IMG/VR virus record: IMGVR_UViG_3300042401_001499 | Strand: one strand, 5' to 3' | Origin: a virus | Taxonomy: Duplodnaviria; Heunggongvirae; Uroviricota; Caudoviricetes | Length of the DNA: 64,000 nucleotides | Part shown: one piece after another, positions 63,438 to 64,000 of the stretch | Layout of the letters: each line of letters starts with the position of its first letter | Numbering within the stretch: the stretch's first letter is position 1 | The notes under the pieces: generated by a model | What the model saw: only the letters and a program-made list of their open reading frames with translations | What the model was told of the DNA's origin: nothing | The model's database searches: none | Program-made: the position numbers and the translations under genes

Positions 63438-64000
63438 GATAGCTCACGAATCACCAAAAAGCATATTCAAACAGGTACAGAGTGTAACTGACTATGACTA
63501 TGCACTTGTACATTTATTTGAAGAAGATCCTGAATACCTACAGCAATTTCAAGAGGCAAAGGAAAAAGGAAGAGAGATTATTCTAGATAATTCTATCTTT
63601 GAATTAGAAGAAGCTTTTGATGCAGAGAAGTTTGCAGGATGGGTATTAGAGTTACAACCAGATTGGTATATAGTTCCTGATGCTTTAGAGGATGCAAAGA
63701 AGACTTGCTCACAAATGGCAAATTGGATAAACAAATATAAAAATCTTCCAGGAAAGAAGATAGGAGTTGTTCAAGGAACAACCTATCAGCAGATTAAATC
63801 TTGTTACGAATACATGGATAAGATTGCTGAAGTTGATATGATTGCAATTTCATTTGACTATTCTTACTATGTTAAATCAGTTCCGCATCCAAACAAATAT
63901 GTTTCCTGGATGATGGGTAGAGTAAAACTATTAGGAGATTTATTAAAGGATGGAATAATAAATGAGAATAAGAAGCATCACTTATTAGGATGCGGATTAC
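63430..64000 (+). CDS. dpdA: TGT-fold 7-deazaguanine transglycosylase (DpdA-like), truncated at window end
   Basis: Translated by hand: MIKIAHESP...IILDNSIFELE...YIVPDALED...IGVVQG...IAISF...HHLLGCG; TIM-barrel TGT-like motifs beside folE/queD/queE. Confidence 0.7.
   Translation, partial: MIKIAHESPKSIFKQVQSVTDYDYALVHLFEEDPEYLQQFQEAKEKGREIILDNSIFELEEAFDAEKFAGWVLELQPDWYIVPDALEDAKKTCSQMANWINKYKNLPGKKIGVVQGTTYQQIKSCYEYMDKIAEVDMIAISFDYSYYVKSVPHPNKYVSWMMGRVKLLGDLLKDGIINENKKHHLLGCGL

Noticed and set aside
75-63781. Minus-strand and alternate-frame ORFs in the supplied track
   Set aside because: They overlap well-supported + strand genes or tRNAs, with low-complexity or antisense-biased composition and no motifs
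38780-64000. Complete queuosine tRNA-modification pathway
   Set aside because: queF, queA and queG/H are not seen and the TGT-fold gene lacks the bacterial TGT N-terminal TPxFMPVGT motif, so DNA modification is the better reading

Overview
A 64-kb segment of a large, AT-rich, contractile-tailed (myovirus-type) dsDNA phage genome, essentially all genes on the + strand, genetic code 11. The host is most likely Bacteroidota/Flavobacteriia: there are 18 copies of a TTG-N20-TAnnTT promoter resembling the Bacteroidota -33/-7 consensus, A/T-rich start contexts without Shine-Dalgarno, signal peptides cleaved next to Gln, and a T9SS C-terminal sorting domain. Gene order: tail fibre with S74 chaperone; a sulfotransferase/glycosyltransferase/APS-kinase cassette; tail sheath, tube, chaperone (candidate +1/-2 frameshift), tape measure and baseplate; replication genes (short PolA, SSB, RecA, 5'-3' exonuclease, DnaB, NrdB/NrdA, resolvase); a secreted lectin/cohesin/dockerin/T9SS/CsgG-like operon; thioredoxin and QueC; a ~5.5-kb RNA-rich region with about 26 tRNA genes covering all 20 amino acids, several non-canonical tRNA-like genes and several unassigned structured RNAs; a coiled-coil gene followed by a ~310-nt structured RNA; an RNA-repair set (phosphoesterase, kinase, RNA ligase); many small early genes; ThyA; and a 7-deazaguanine DNA-modification cluster (QueD, QueE, FolE, DpdA/TGT-like, truncated by the window end). 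All product calls come from motif recognition by eye and all RNA structures from manual base-pairing; no database search or folding program was run.
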